From positions 12,445 to 76,444 of the forward strand of contig PWOA01000042.1 in the NCBI GenBank assembly GCA_003564155.1: 64,000 bases of DNA, written 5' to 3'. A program made the translations under genes and the position numbers. Source of the DNA: Candidatus Cloacimonadota bacterium (lineage in GTDB: Bacteria; Cloacimonadota; Cloacimonadia; Cloacimonadales; PWNZ01). Within the stretch, counting starts at the first letter, position 1. Every line of letters begins with the position of its first letter. Below, piece after piece: positions 30,893 through 41,251 of the stretch. The notes under the pieces are model-generated. The model was not told where the DNA came from, ran no database searches, and saw only the letters and a list, made by a program, of their open reading frames with translations.

Positions 30893-32623
30893 TTATAGAT
30901 TTAGTTCTAAGGTATTTGTTAGTTGTTTTAATAAATTTGGCTTTTTACTTACATCAGAAGCTTTTAAAAAGCTTCTGCGTTGCTCAAATCTATCTTTAAG
31001 TGCAGTCAGATAATCATACATGTTATCCCTAGTATCCGGATTGTAAAGATCGTAATATCCTGGGATCAGTTTGTCAATGCTTTCTTTTGTTGGGATTAGT
31101 ATGCCGGGTATAATATCCCAGTTTTGCCACTCTAATTTATCCGTGAGAATAGCTGTTTGGAGTGTTAAAGATGTTTGTAGTTTAATAGAAATAGAATCAG
31201 AGTCCGAAGAGTTCCAGAATACACCTGAATTGAAGGAATAACAGTCTGCACCGAGATCAAACACATTTAAGAATGCTTCAACGTCTTTATAAAGTTCATA
31301 CACTCTAAAAGGATTAGCAAAAGGTTCGAAAACAAGTTTATTCAATTCGTCTTCAGCAACATTTTCTGCTCTATTCCTTCTTGTCATCAATGTAGCTCCC
31401 ATAGCAACAGCCAGATCAATGTTGTTATACTTAATGACAGGTGGAAGTGTATTATCCTTCATAAGCCAAACAATTGCTGAGGGGAATTTGCATTTATTAA
31501 CCCATTTTCCTAACAGATCACTATCCAATAATGCTCTCCCATTATGCTGACGGATATCCATTGCTAAAGGAAGATTTTTGTTATCAAGTCTAATCATAGC
31601 ATGATTCATAACTGCTATGGTATACTTCCAGTCAGGATGGTTGAGGTTACGGGTATCAGTTTTATCGAACAATGAAGGTTCCCAAACCCGGCAAACCTTT
31701 TCTTCCAGGTCGATTTGAAAGGCATCGTCATGAAGCACAACTTTATCAAAACCTTCAGGTAATGTTTCACCATTATCCGGACTATTCGTATGTGAGGATT
31801 TACCGGTTCCGGAGAGTCCATAGAAAGCAATTGATCTTTTACCTAAAGGATGATACTTGTCATCACTACATTTAGAGAAGTCAATTTCTTTGATTCCACC
31901 ATGACATGCGGCCATACCTAATCGCATACCGGATGTCCAGGCTAGGGTTAAAGTTCCTTTTTTGCGTTCTCCAAAATACCGCATTCCAAAATTGTATATC
32001 ACATTATGTTTTTCATCTACTAATGCCAATTGTGGATATCCAGAGCCCATATAGGAAGGGTTATCGGTATACCATTGATTGAAAGCAACAATTATGATGT
32101 CTTGGATGTCGAGTAGTTTACTCTGCTTATACTCTTCATACATGACTTCCATTGATTTAAAATTACACAACCAACAAAAAACATTAAAGGCATCGTTCTT
32201 AGTGGTAACAAAGGTGGCTTTTACCATTAAGTCAGGGTCTAATCCTAACACAGCTTCAGCTTTAATCAGTTCATTTTGTTGGAGTTGAAAAATTCCTTCT
32301 CGCAAATCACCTTCAACCTTACGCTTAGCGTCGGGATCAATTCTGTTATAAAATACCCTAGCTTTTGCAGTTCTGCCAACAATTTTACCGTCACAGTCAT
32401 TAAGTACTTTAGCCCCTTTTGGCAGGTTATACATCTCTGCTAAAGGTGGATAGATTTTTAGATCTGTTTGTGAAACTCCCGGCTGAGTTAGAGCCAGGTC
32501 ATAAGCCTCTGCTAGATTTACTTGTTTAACCTGTGAGTTTAACATAAGTGTTTCTGCTATAGCTCTTGGTGGTGACATATCTTTAAGTTGGGGATAATAG
32601 TTGTAACTTCTCATACTTGCCAT
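30893..32623 (-). CDS. pckA: Phosphoenolpyruvate carboxykinase (ATP), Firmicutes-like subfamily
   Basis: GMRYFGE.KKGTLTLAW, CHGG, GLSGTGKSS, LHDDAF, NGR, PFANPFR.Y. Confidence 0.88.
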   Translation of the reverse strand: MASMRSYNYYPQLKDMSPPRAIAETLMLNSQVKQVNLAEAYDLALTQPGVSQTDLKIYPPLAEMYNLPKGAKVLNDCDGKIVGRTAKARVFYNRIDPDAKRKVEGDLREGIFQLQQNELIKAEAVLGLDPDLMVKATFVTTKNDAFNVFCWLCNFKSMEVMYEEYKQSKLLDIQDIIIVAFNQWYTDNPSYMGSGYPQLALVDEKHNVIYNFGMRYFGERKKGTLTLAWTSGMRLGMAACHGGIKEIDFSKCSDDKYHPLGKRSIAFYGLSGTGKSSHTNSPDNGETLPEGFDKVVLHDDAFQIDLEEKVCRVWEPSLFDKTDTRNLNHPDWKYTIAVMNHAMIRLDNKNLPLAMDIRQHNGRALLDSDLLGKWVNKCKFPSAIVWLMKDNTLPPVIKYNNIDLAVAMGATLMTRRNRAENVAEDELNKLVFEPFANPFRVYELYKDVEAFLNVFDLGADCYSFNSGVFWNSSDSDSISIKLQTSLTLQTAILTDKLEWQNWDIIPGILIPTKESIDKLIPGYYDLYNPDTRDNMYDYLTALKDRFEQRRSFLKASDVSKKPNLLKQLTNTLELNL

Positions 32624-32850
32624 GGTAAAATACCTCCGAGGATGTTGAAATGAAATTTTTGCACAACACGTTTGACGCTACACATAATGACTAAAAAAGT
32701 TAGCATTTACTTGTTAAATATGCTATTGTGGTTTTCTTTTTGATAAAGGTTAGGCAGGGGGAATAAAAAAGATTATCAAGACACACACTTTGATTCAAGT
32801 AAATATCCACTGGATATACGATGATTGGTATAGTGAGAAACTACCCAAAA

Positions 32851-32881
32851 TAATAAAAGCAGCTTTAAGCTGCTTTTATTA
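32851..32881. terminator. Intrinsic terminator downstream of rpmA
   Basis: TAATAAAAGCAGCTT-t-AAGCTGCTTTTATTA inverted repeat with A/T tails. Confidence 0.8.
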
Positions 32882-32889
32882 TGTAAGAT

Positions 32890-33150
32890 TTATGCACTTC
32901 CGGGGAGGACGCTAACAAACTTTCTACCGAATTTTTTTGTTCTGAACTCTACGACACCGTCAATCAAGCTGAAGATGGTAAAATCCTTACCTAATCCGAC
33001 ATTTTTCCCAGGATGGAATTTTGTTCCTCTTTGGCGAACAAGAATATTCCCAGCGAGGACTTGCTGCCCTCCGTAACGTTTGACACCTAAATATTGAGGA
33101 TTACTGTCTCTTCCGTTTCTACTGCTACCAACACCTTTCTTATGTGCCAT
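32890..33150 (-). CDS. rpmA: 50S ribosomal protein L27
   Basis: [26 protein letters not shown]. Confidence 0.99.
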   Translation of the reverse strand: MAHKKGVGSSRNGRDSNPQYLGVKRYGGQQVLAGNILVRQRGTKFHPGKNVGLGKDFTIFSLIDGVVEFRTKKFGRKFVSVLPGSA

Positions 33151-33163
33151 AATATACCTCTTA

Positions 33164-33481
33164 TTATGATTTTATTATGTTTTTTATTTTAATCTCCGTG
33201 AAATCTTGACGATGTCCATTTTTTTTAGCATAACCTTTACGACGTTTTTTCTTGAAAACTATGATTTTTTTATCACGTTTATGGGAAAGAACTTCCGCAA
33301 CAATTTTTGCTTCATTTACTAATGGATTGCCGACAAGTATATCATCATTATTGCGAATCATGAATATGTCATTTATCTCAAACTCACTGCCGACTTCTTT
33401 ATTAGCGATATAAGGAACTCGAAGTATCTTATCTTGCTCAACTTTGTATTGAAAGCCTTTAAACTTCATTATAGCGTACAT
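33164..33481 (-). CDS. rplU: 50S ribosomal protein L21
   Basis: MYAI..G.QYKV, KKKRRK.Y..KNGHRQ. Confidence 0.98.
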   Translation of the reverse strand: MYAIMKFKGFQYKVEQDKILRVPYIANKEVGSEFEINDIFMIRNNDDILVGNPLVNEAKIVAEVLSHKRDKKIIVFKKKRRKGYAKKNGHRQDFTEIKIKNIIKS

Positions 33482-33554
33482 GTATCTACTCCTAAGATCA
33501 TTTATAATATATTTAATTCATAGAGGAACACAAATTTCACGTAAGGTTAATCTG

Positions 33555-35069
33555 TCAAGCACTATATGTGTTACGAAGCTCTTTTTTATCATTGTCGTAT
33601 AATATCTTAAACTGTTCATCTCGTAACGAGCTTTCTTCAACCACGGTCACATTCAATTTTAAATTATTGAAATATCCGGGATTGTTATGTAAGAAGGTGT
33701 TCAAACTCGGATTAATTATTAACTTAACATTCTTACCGTTAACAAAGTATTCAGCCCTTTGTAAGCTGCGAAAAATATTCATTGCAACAGCATTTTGAGA
33801 TAAAACTCTTCCTGAACCTTTACAGTAAGAACAAGGTTGAGATGTGGTATGATAAATTCCAGGGCGCATTCTGTTACGAGTAACCTCAACTAAGCCTAAT
33901 GGGCCAAAATAGTAAACTTTATTCTTAGCTCTATCTTTACGCAGATTTTGACGGAGAATTTCAAAAACTTCATTTTTACTGCTTTCCGATTCCATGTCAA
34001 TAAAGTCTATGACCATTATTCCACTAAGATCGCGTAATTTTATTTGACGGCTAACTTCAATAGCGGCTTCGATATTTGTTTTTTTAACTGTAGCTTCGTA
34101 ACTGTTATGTCCAATAAAACTTCCGGTATTAACATCAATCGCAACTAATGCTTCAGTTTGTTCTATGGTAATATTACCTCCGCTTGGCAGTGGGATTTTG
34201 GCCTGATACATTTTTTCAATTTCTTTTTCGATACCGAAAGCATCAAAGATAGGAGAATCTTCGCGATAAAGCTCAATTCTTTTAACTAATTCCGGAGCGA
34301 TATCTTTCATCTCCGATACGAGTTCTTTATAGTATCCTTTATTATCAACAATTAACTTATCAATGTCGGAATGGAAAAAATCTCGGATTAATTTATTGGC
34401 GAGATCATTCTCATCATATATACAGTTAGGAGCTGTTTCAGCTTTTATCTTATGCTCGATTAGTTGCCAGGTTCTAAACAAGCCTTTATATTCATTTTTA
34501 AAGTCTTCTTCAGTATTACCTTCAGCATCTGTTCTGACGATTAAACCAGTATTTTTATCTTTTATACTGTTTAGCACTGATCTTATACGATTTTTTTCTT
34601 GTTGAGAGTTGATTTTTCTTGAAATTGCAATCCTGTCTTTATTAGGGAAGAGGACTAAGTATTTACCAGGTATTGATATTTGACAAGTGAGCCTGGCACC
34701 TTTTTTATTTATAGGCCCTTTCTTAACTTGGACGATTATCTCCTGTCCTTCTTTCAGGACATTTTTAATATTCGATGAGTTACTGGTGCTGGAAAGATTA
34801 ATCGTATCGTTAATACTATCATCCTCAACATCTTCAAAAAAATCGGTAACAATGTCAGAATAATGCAAGAAAGCAGTTCTTTCCAGTCCTATATTGATGA
34901 ATGCAGCACCCATTCCAGGAAGAACATCTTTTACAATACCTTTGTAGATATTATGTACAATGTTTGCATGATCTTTTCTTTCGACAATTAGCTCTGATAA
35001 TCTGCTATCTTCAAGAATTGCTAATCTTTTTTCGAAAGGGTGGATATTAAGAACTATAATATTCATCAA
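33555..35069 (-). CDS. rng: Ribonuclease E/G family
   Basis: NIYKG.V..VLPGM.AAF, TEALVAIDVNTG, RDLSG...IDFIDM, CxxCxG.G. Confidence 0.95.
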   Translation of the reverse strand: MMNIIVLNIHPFEKRLAILEDSRLSELIVERKDHANIVHNIYKGIVKDVLPGMGAAFINIGLERTAFLHYSDIVTDFFEDVEDDSINDTINLSSTSNSSNIKNVLKEGQEIIVQVKKGPINKKGARLTCQISIPGKYLVLFPNKDRIAISRKINSQQEKNRIRSVLNSIKDKNTGLIVRTDAEGNTEEDFKNEYKGLFRTWQLIEHKIKAETAPNCIYDENDLANKLIRDFFHSDIDKLIVDNKGYYKELVSEMKDIAPELVKRIELYREDSPIFDAFGIEKEIEKMYQAKIPLPSGGNITIEQTEALVAIDVNTGSFIGHNSYEATVKKTNIEAAIEVSRQIKLRDLSGIMVIDFIDMESESSKNEVFEILRQNLRKDRAKNKVYYFGPLGLVEVTRNRMRPGIYHTTSQPCSYCKGSGRVLSQNAVAMNIFRSLQRAEYFVNGKNVKLIINPSLNTFLHNNPGYFNNLKLNVTVVEESSLRDEQFKILYDNDKKELRNTYSA

Positions 35070-35242
35070 CGAATTCTCCTTTTCGCCAGTATCTGGTTTT
35101 AAGGCATAATGTCAAGATAAAATTCCTTTTTGCTTGACATCGAAAGCTAAATTGAATCCTTGACATTATGATTATGCGATAAGATCTATAACATTATGGG
35201 ATAGAATGAGAGTTTCAGAATTTTCGTAGAATTGTTATTTTG

Positions 35243-35319
35243 GGCGGCGTAGCTCAGTTGGTTAGAGCATCGGAATCATAATCCGAGTGTCCGGGGTTCA
35301 AATCCCTGCGCCGCTACCA
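35243..35319 (+). tRNA. tRNA-Met (CAT), probably elongator
   Basis: Cloverleaf with acceptor GGCGGCG/CGCCGCT, anticodon arm TCGGA-atCATaa-TCCGA, GTTCAAATC, encoded CCA. Confidence 0.95.
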
Positions 35320-35348
35320 TAAATGTATTGACTTATAATGGATTATGT

Positions 35349-35425
<77 letters not shown>

Positions 35426-35433
35426 TTTAATAT

Positions 35434-35511
35434 GGTGGCTGTAGTTCAATCGGTTAGAGCACTGGATTGTGGTTCCAGGTGTTGTGGGTTCGAGTCCCAT
35501 CAGCCACCCCA
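35434..35511 (+). tRNA. tRNA-His (GTG) with encoded G-1
   Basis: G-GTGGCTG/CAGCCAC-C-CCA, anticodon arm CTGGA-ttGTGgt-TCCAG. Confidence 0.97.
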
Positions 35512-35642
35512 TTTTTTGCCCGATACTGTCCTATTCAAAGCTAAGTTTGACAAGATCAATATAAATAAGCGACAGAGTTATTAATATTGTTTATATTTAT
35601 GTATGATTCATATCTTCAATAAATTGTGGTTACCATGAATCA

Positions 35643-36332
35643 TTACAGCAAACCGGTGGTTCGTTTCTGCATGTCAATCAATTTGTTAATACCATTTTGA
35701 GCTAAAGAAAGAAGCTTGTGTAGTTCGCTTAAAGAGAAAGGTGTTTTTTCTGCAGTTCCTTGAATCTCAACGAATTTCCCATTTTCTGTCATAACGATAT
35801 TCATGTCGGTATCTGCATTAGAATCTAGTTTATAGTCTAAATCTAAAACCGGCTTACCATTGACCAAACCGACACTTATTGCAGCTATCCATTCTTTTAA
35901 AGGGCACTCAGAAATAATACCATTGCCTATCATCCAGCAAAAAGCATCGTAAAGGGCAACACATGCTCCGGTAATAGCAGCTGTCCTCGTGCCTCCGTCA
36001 GCTTGAATAACATCGCAATCGATCATTATAGTATAGCCTGGGAATAGAGATGTGTCTGTAACAGTTCTAAGTGACCTGCCGATCAATCTTTGAATTTCTG
36101 CAGTTCTGCCACTTATCTTGCCGGCACTTGCTTCTCTTCTGTTTCTTGTAGTTGTGCTTCTAGGTAACATTCCATATTCAGCCGTAATCCAACCTTTTGT
36201 CATCTCATCGATAAACTGAGGAACTTTATTTTCAACTGAAGCATTGCAAATAACAATTGTATCTCCAAATTTTATCAAAACAGATCCTTCAGGATATTGG
36301 AGGTAGTTCCTGGTTATTATTACTTCTCTCAT
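35643..36332 (-). CDS. rph: Ribonuclease PH
   Basis: [51 protein letters not shown]. Confidence 0.98.
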   Translation of the reverse strand: MREVIITRNYLQYPEGSVLIKFGDTIVICNASVENKVPQFIDEMTKGWITAEYGMLPRSTTTRNRREASAGKISGRTAEIQRLIGRSLRTVTDTSLFPGYTIMIDCDVIQADGGTRTAAITGACVALYDAFCWMIGNGIISECPLKEWIAAISVGLVNGKPVLDLDYKLDSNADTDMNIVMTENGKFVEIQGTAEKTPFSLSELHKLLSLAQNGINKLIDMQKRTTGLL

Positions 36333-36751
36333 TGATTTCTCCTTCTCAATAATTAATAATTGCGTTTCCGAAAAGTATTTTAACTTGTGGGAATAAGTGT
36401 ATCATACATTGTGTTTCAAGTTAACATATGATGAAGAATGTACCGTATCAATACTAATGTAGAGTTCGGTGAAAATTTTAGATACTATAAAACTTAACCC
36501 TAAGTAACAGCATGAATTAAAAAAAAATCATTTACATCATAATATGTCTTACCGACTTAAAATTGGCTACGCTGTTAATTGCGTTGACAGTATAGGAATA
36601 ATGTTTACAATTTTGTGAGCTTAGTTGGTTTACTGTCTGTAACTGACGGGATGACAGTAACATGGGGTTTTATGAATATGATATAATAAAGAAGAAATGA
36701 AAACTGTTATTATTTTGATTGATTTGACACATTAAAAACACTATCTAATAG

Positions 36752-36783
36752 TTTAAATGCATGCCGTACGGCATGCATTTAAA
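36752..36783. terminator. Perfect 32-nt palindrome, probable bidirectional terminator downstream of gap
   Basis: TTTAAATGCATGCCGT|ACGGCATGCATTTAAA, 22 nt past the gap stop. Confidence 0.75.
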
Positions 36784-36805
36784 TCAGGAATAAATTTCTA
36801 GTTTA

Positions 36806-37810
<1,005 letters not shown>

Positions 37811-37886
37811 TCACCTCATTTATGTTTTATTATCTTTATGTTATCGTTAAGGTTGCAGACAGGTTGTAGTATGATAAATGTTACAT

Positions 37887-38864
37887 TTAATTATTTATAA
37901 TACTGTTATTTTTACTACCTGAGATACTCACTAATGATTCTACTTGGTTTTTAACTGCTTGTTCTGCTTGAATTATCCATTTTCGCGGATCAAATCTTTT
38001 TTTATCGGGAGTATAATCATCGTAATGGACATTTTTCGGACATACAACAGCATCTTTTTCCTTTTCCCAATATTCTTGTACAGCTTTAGCCATATAATAT
38101 TGGTAATCAGTATCTTTATTGATTTTAACAACTCCATTACGAATAGCAATTTGCTGTTGTTTCGCTGTCAGGCCGGATGCACCGTGTAGAACTATACCCG
38201 TTTCAACTCCATTATCAATTAATAAGTCATCGATTTCCTTGATTAAGTCAAGACGTAGTTCAACTTTTTCACCTTTAGTAACACCATGGTTAGTGCCAAC
38301 AGAAGCTGCAAAAAGATCAACACCTGTTTGTATTACGAATGCTAAAGCTTCTTCAGGAGATGTATATAATTCAGTTTCAGAGACTATTTCGTCTTCAGTG
38401 CCCTTAATGTATCCAATTTCACCTTCAACTAATACTGAATGACGTTTACATAAAGAGACTACTTCTTTAGTGATTCTAACATTTTCTTCAAATTTTTCTT
38501 TAGAGGCATCAATCATAACGGAAGTGACCAACTCTTTTTCTACGCATTCTTTAATAAAATCAAAATAATTTGGTGTTGCATGATCAATATGCAACCCTAC
38601 ACCTGAGTTATTAAATTGTTTTGAAAGGATTTTAATAATTGAGGAAATGACTTCAGCTCCTATAATTATATCTTTGGAGTTACCGGCAGCGTACTTACAC
38701 GCACCGGAACTAATTTGCAGTAAACCGTCAGAATGATTATTGTTATACCCTTGCAGTAACCCTCTGATTGTACTATCGAAAACGACGTTTGAAGCAATAA
38801 TGCCAAATCTTTTACTTTTGGCATTTAGAAAGACCTTTTTTAATTGTGTTCCATCAAAATACAT
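37887..38864 (-). CDS. fba: Class II fructose-bisphosphate aldolase
   Basis: LHIDH, SVMIDAS, EGEIG.I.GTED, GTNHG, VLHGASG, FDPR; upstream of gap. Confidence 0.92.
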   Translation of the reverse strand: MYFDGTQLKKVFLNAKSKRFGIIASNVVFDSTIRGLLQGYNNNHSDGLLQISSGACKYAAGNSKDIIIGAEVISSIIKILSKQFNNSGVGLHIDHATPNYFDFIKECVEKELVTSVMIDASKEKFEENVRITKEVVSLCKRHSVLVEGEIGYIKGTEDEIVSETELYTSPEEALAFVIQTGVDLFAASVGTNHGVTKGEKVELRLDLIKEIDDLLIDNGVETGIVLHGASGLTAKQQQIAIRNGVVKINKDTDYQYYMAKAVQEYWEKEKDAVVCPKNVHYDDYTPDKKRFDPRKWIIQAEQAVKNQVESLVSISGSKNNSIINN

Positions 38865-39004
38865 AATGTTACTCCTTAATAGTTTCTAATTCAATTCTTA
38901 ATAGAATTAATGTTTGACGAACTTAGTATAGTGTTAATAGGCAGTAGTATACAATAATGTGTTTAACTGTCATCTTTAGTGTGATCTAATACAGAGATAG
39001 TTTT

Positions 39005-41017
39005 TTAATCATCAAATAATTTAAAATCTTCTTGTATTGATTTTATCATGAATTCAGCTGACTCATGTAGATCGGCATGAGGGTATTCATTGATCAATTG
39101 TTTGAAATACTCGACAGCTTCTTCTTCTTGGTTTAGATCTTCAGCAAGCAAAAATGCTTTCATGAAGAGAGCTTTGTAATCATCACTATTATTTCTAAAA
39201 ATGTTGATTATACGATTATAATAATCTAAAGCTTCGTGGTGCCTATTTCTTTTGAGAGCATCTTCAGCAAGATCAAATAATTCATTGGCACTGAAAGACA
39301 CAGCAACCCTCTCGGGATAAGTTACGACATTAAAGTCTTGCTTCAGTTCTTGTTGTAGTTCTATCCATCGCGTCTCTCTTTTTGAACTACTTAGTAAATC
39401 TCTAATCTGAGTTTTGACTTCTGTTATTGGTGTTACAGTAGATGGAAATTCTTCGATGATTTTTACGAAAAAGAAATTACCTTCATTGTTCTGTTTTATC
39501 GAGCTAACTTCTCCAACGTTAGTTTCCCATACTGCCTCAGCCATACGGCCATTATCTTTAAATTGAGAAATTTCAGCGGAGTAAACATCGGTAATAATAC
39601 CTGAATTTCGAGTGTATAACGATCCTTCAATAACTTCATCGATTGTGTCAGAATCATTATTTCTAATAGCCCTTACAATTCTTCTGCGAGCTTTCCGGGC
39701 ATTTCTGTTCGTTTCAAACATAAATAGCTGTATTGTACGATGTTTATCACTTGTATATGATGCGATATTTTCAGTATAATATTTTTCTATTTGTTCATCG
39801 GAAGCACTTGCATAATCAAGTACTAACTCTTGGAAAAGTTCTCTAAGGATTGTATTGCGTTTTACCTGCTGTACATCCGGATCATCCATAAGGTATTTTT
39901 CATAATTATTTACTCTAGCTTCGTAAGCAAAAAGATTATGCTCAACAATACTATTCAGCCATCTTATTATGTGAGCTGGATTATTCATTTGAGATCTTTC
40001 TTGAGGTGAAAGTTGCCTAAAATAAGAATGGACGTCCCTGATGGTGATTTGTAGTTCGTTTTCGTTACTATCAACTATCAGTTGATCAAGATCATCATCT
40101 TCTGCAGTGATATTGGTGACATTAACGGTGTTTAAGAGATTTTCATTTATAGAAAGATCATATTTTTTCATAAGATCTTCTTTTACTTCCTCCCTAAGTA
40201 GAGCTTCGCGCATTGGTCTAAGACGAGCCACAATTTGTTCTCTTACCTCTTCCAAAGGTTTTACTATTTCCGGGATGCGCTCAATCACTTTGAAAAAATG
40301 ATATCCAATATCCGTTTTTATGGGCCCGACCCACTGTTCGAGTGGTGCTTCTTTGATGGCATTGTCCAGCTCTGCCTCTCTTCCTACACCTTGAATATAG
40401 CCTGACCCTCTAATATTTCTGATTATACCTTGATTACGTTTTGAGTATTCATTAACTGAGTACCTGTTTATCAAGTCGATAAAATCAACGCCTTGATCTA
40501 ATTGCTCAGATACATTGATAGCACTTTCGTTATCTTCGACTTTAATATATTTGATTGTAGTATTAGCCGGTTCTGTGAATCTGCGTGAATAATCTTGATA
40601 GTATTCGATTATCTCTTGTTTCTCAACCTCTACTTGGTTGGTGATATTTCTTCTAATATATTCTAACGCGTAAAATCTAGTTAAATTGTCTTGGACCTTT
40701 GCTTGTGTTTCCGGTCTGGTATCTATTCCCATTTCAAGAGCTTTTAGATAAAAAATTTCATTGGTAATCATTGACATCAGTAGATTTTCTTTCCCTTCCG
40801 AAGTAGTATATCGAGATCTATACATCGTAGGTATATTATCTAGTTCTTTGTCAAAATCTGCTTTAGTTATTGTTCCCCCGTTAAATTCTGCGAACACTGT
40901 ATTAGGAGTAATATCATGTTCCTGATAATCGATATTAGCGTAACTAATTGCCAATGAGGCGAAAAAGATGATTATTATTGTAGTTGTTAATTTGATATGT
41001 AATCTGTTTATACTCAT
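39005..41017 (-). CDS. Exported PrsA/SurA-like protein with two parvulin (PpiC)-like units and a C-terminal TPR
   Basis: Signal peptide, GTITKADFD, DF..L..RYS...SK..QG, GPIKT..GYHFFKV.E, PLEEVREQI, TPR ALFMKAFL. Confidence 0.85.
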   Translation of the reverse strand: MSINRLHIKLTTTIIIIFFASLAISYANIDYQEHDITPNTVFAEFNGGTITKADFDKELDNIPTMYRSRYTTSEGKENLLMSMITNEIFYLKALEMGIDTRPETQAKVQDNLTRFYALEYIRRNITNQVEVEKQEIIEYYQDYSRRFTEPANTTIKYIKVEDNESAINVSEQLDQGVDFIDLINRYSVNEYSKRNQGIIRNIRGSGYIQGVGREAELDNAIKEAPLEQWVGPIKTDIGYHFFKVIERIPEIVKPLEEVREQIVARLRPMREALLREEVKEDLMKKYDLSINENLLNTVNVTNITAEDDDLDQLIVDSNENELQITIRDVHSYFRQLSPQERSQMNNPAHIIRWLNSIVEHNLFAYEARVNNYEKYLMDDPDVQQVKRNTILRELFQELVLDYASASDEQIEKYYTENIASYTSDKHRTIQLFMFETNRNARKARRRIVRAIRNNDSDTIDEVIEGSLYTRNSGIITDVYSAEISQFKDNGRMAEAVWETNVGEVSSIKQNNEGNFFFVKIIEEFPSTVTPITEVKTQIRDLLSSSKRETRWIELQQELKQDFNVVTYPERVAVSFSANELFDLAEDALKRNRHHEALDYYNRIINIFRNNSDDYKALFMKAFLLAEDLNQEEEAVEYFKQLINEYPHADLHESAEFMIKSIQEDFKLFDD

Positions 41018-41251
41018 AATTATTCTCCTTGAAATTTATTAAATTATAGTTTACATTACTATGCAATTAACATATTAGATGGTTGTCAATGATATAAATA
41101 AGACATTAAAGTCAAGTAAAAAGCAGTTAGTCTTAACTGGTAAAAGAATCTGTTAAATACTTTTCTTTAATTGAAGCTATAGTCTGATTGATTTATTGAT
41201 TTTAAATCGCGCTTTCATTATAATAACCTACAAAAGGTAGAATAATCAGTT

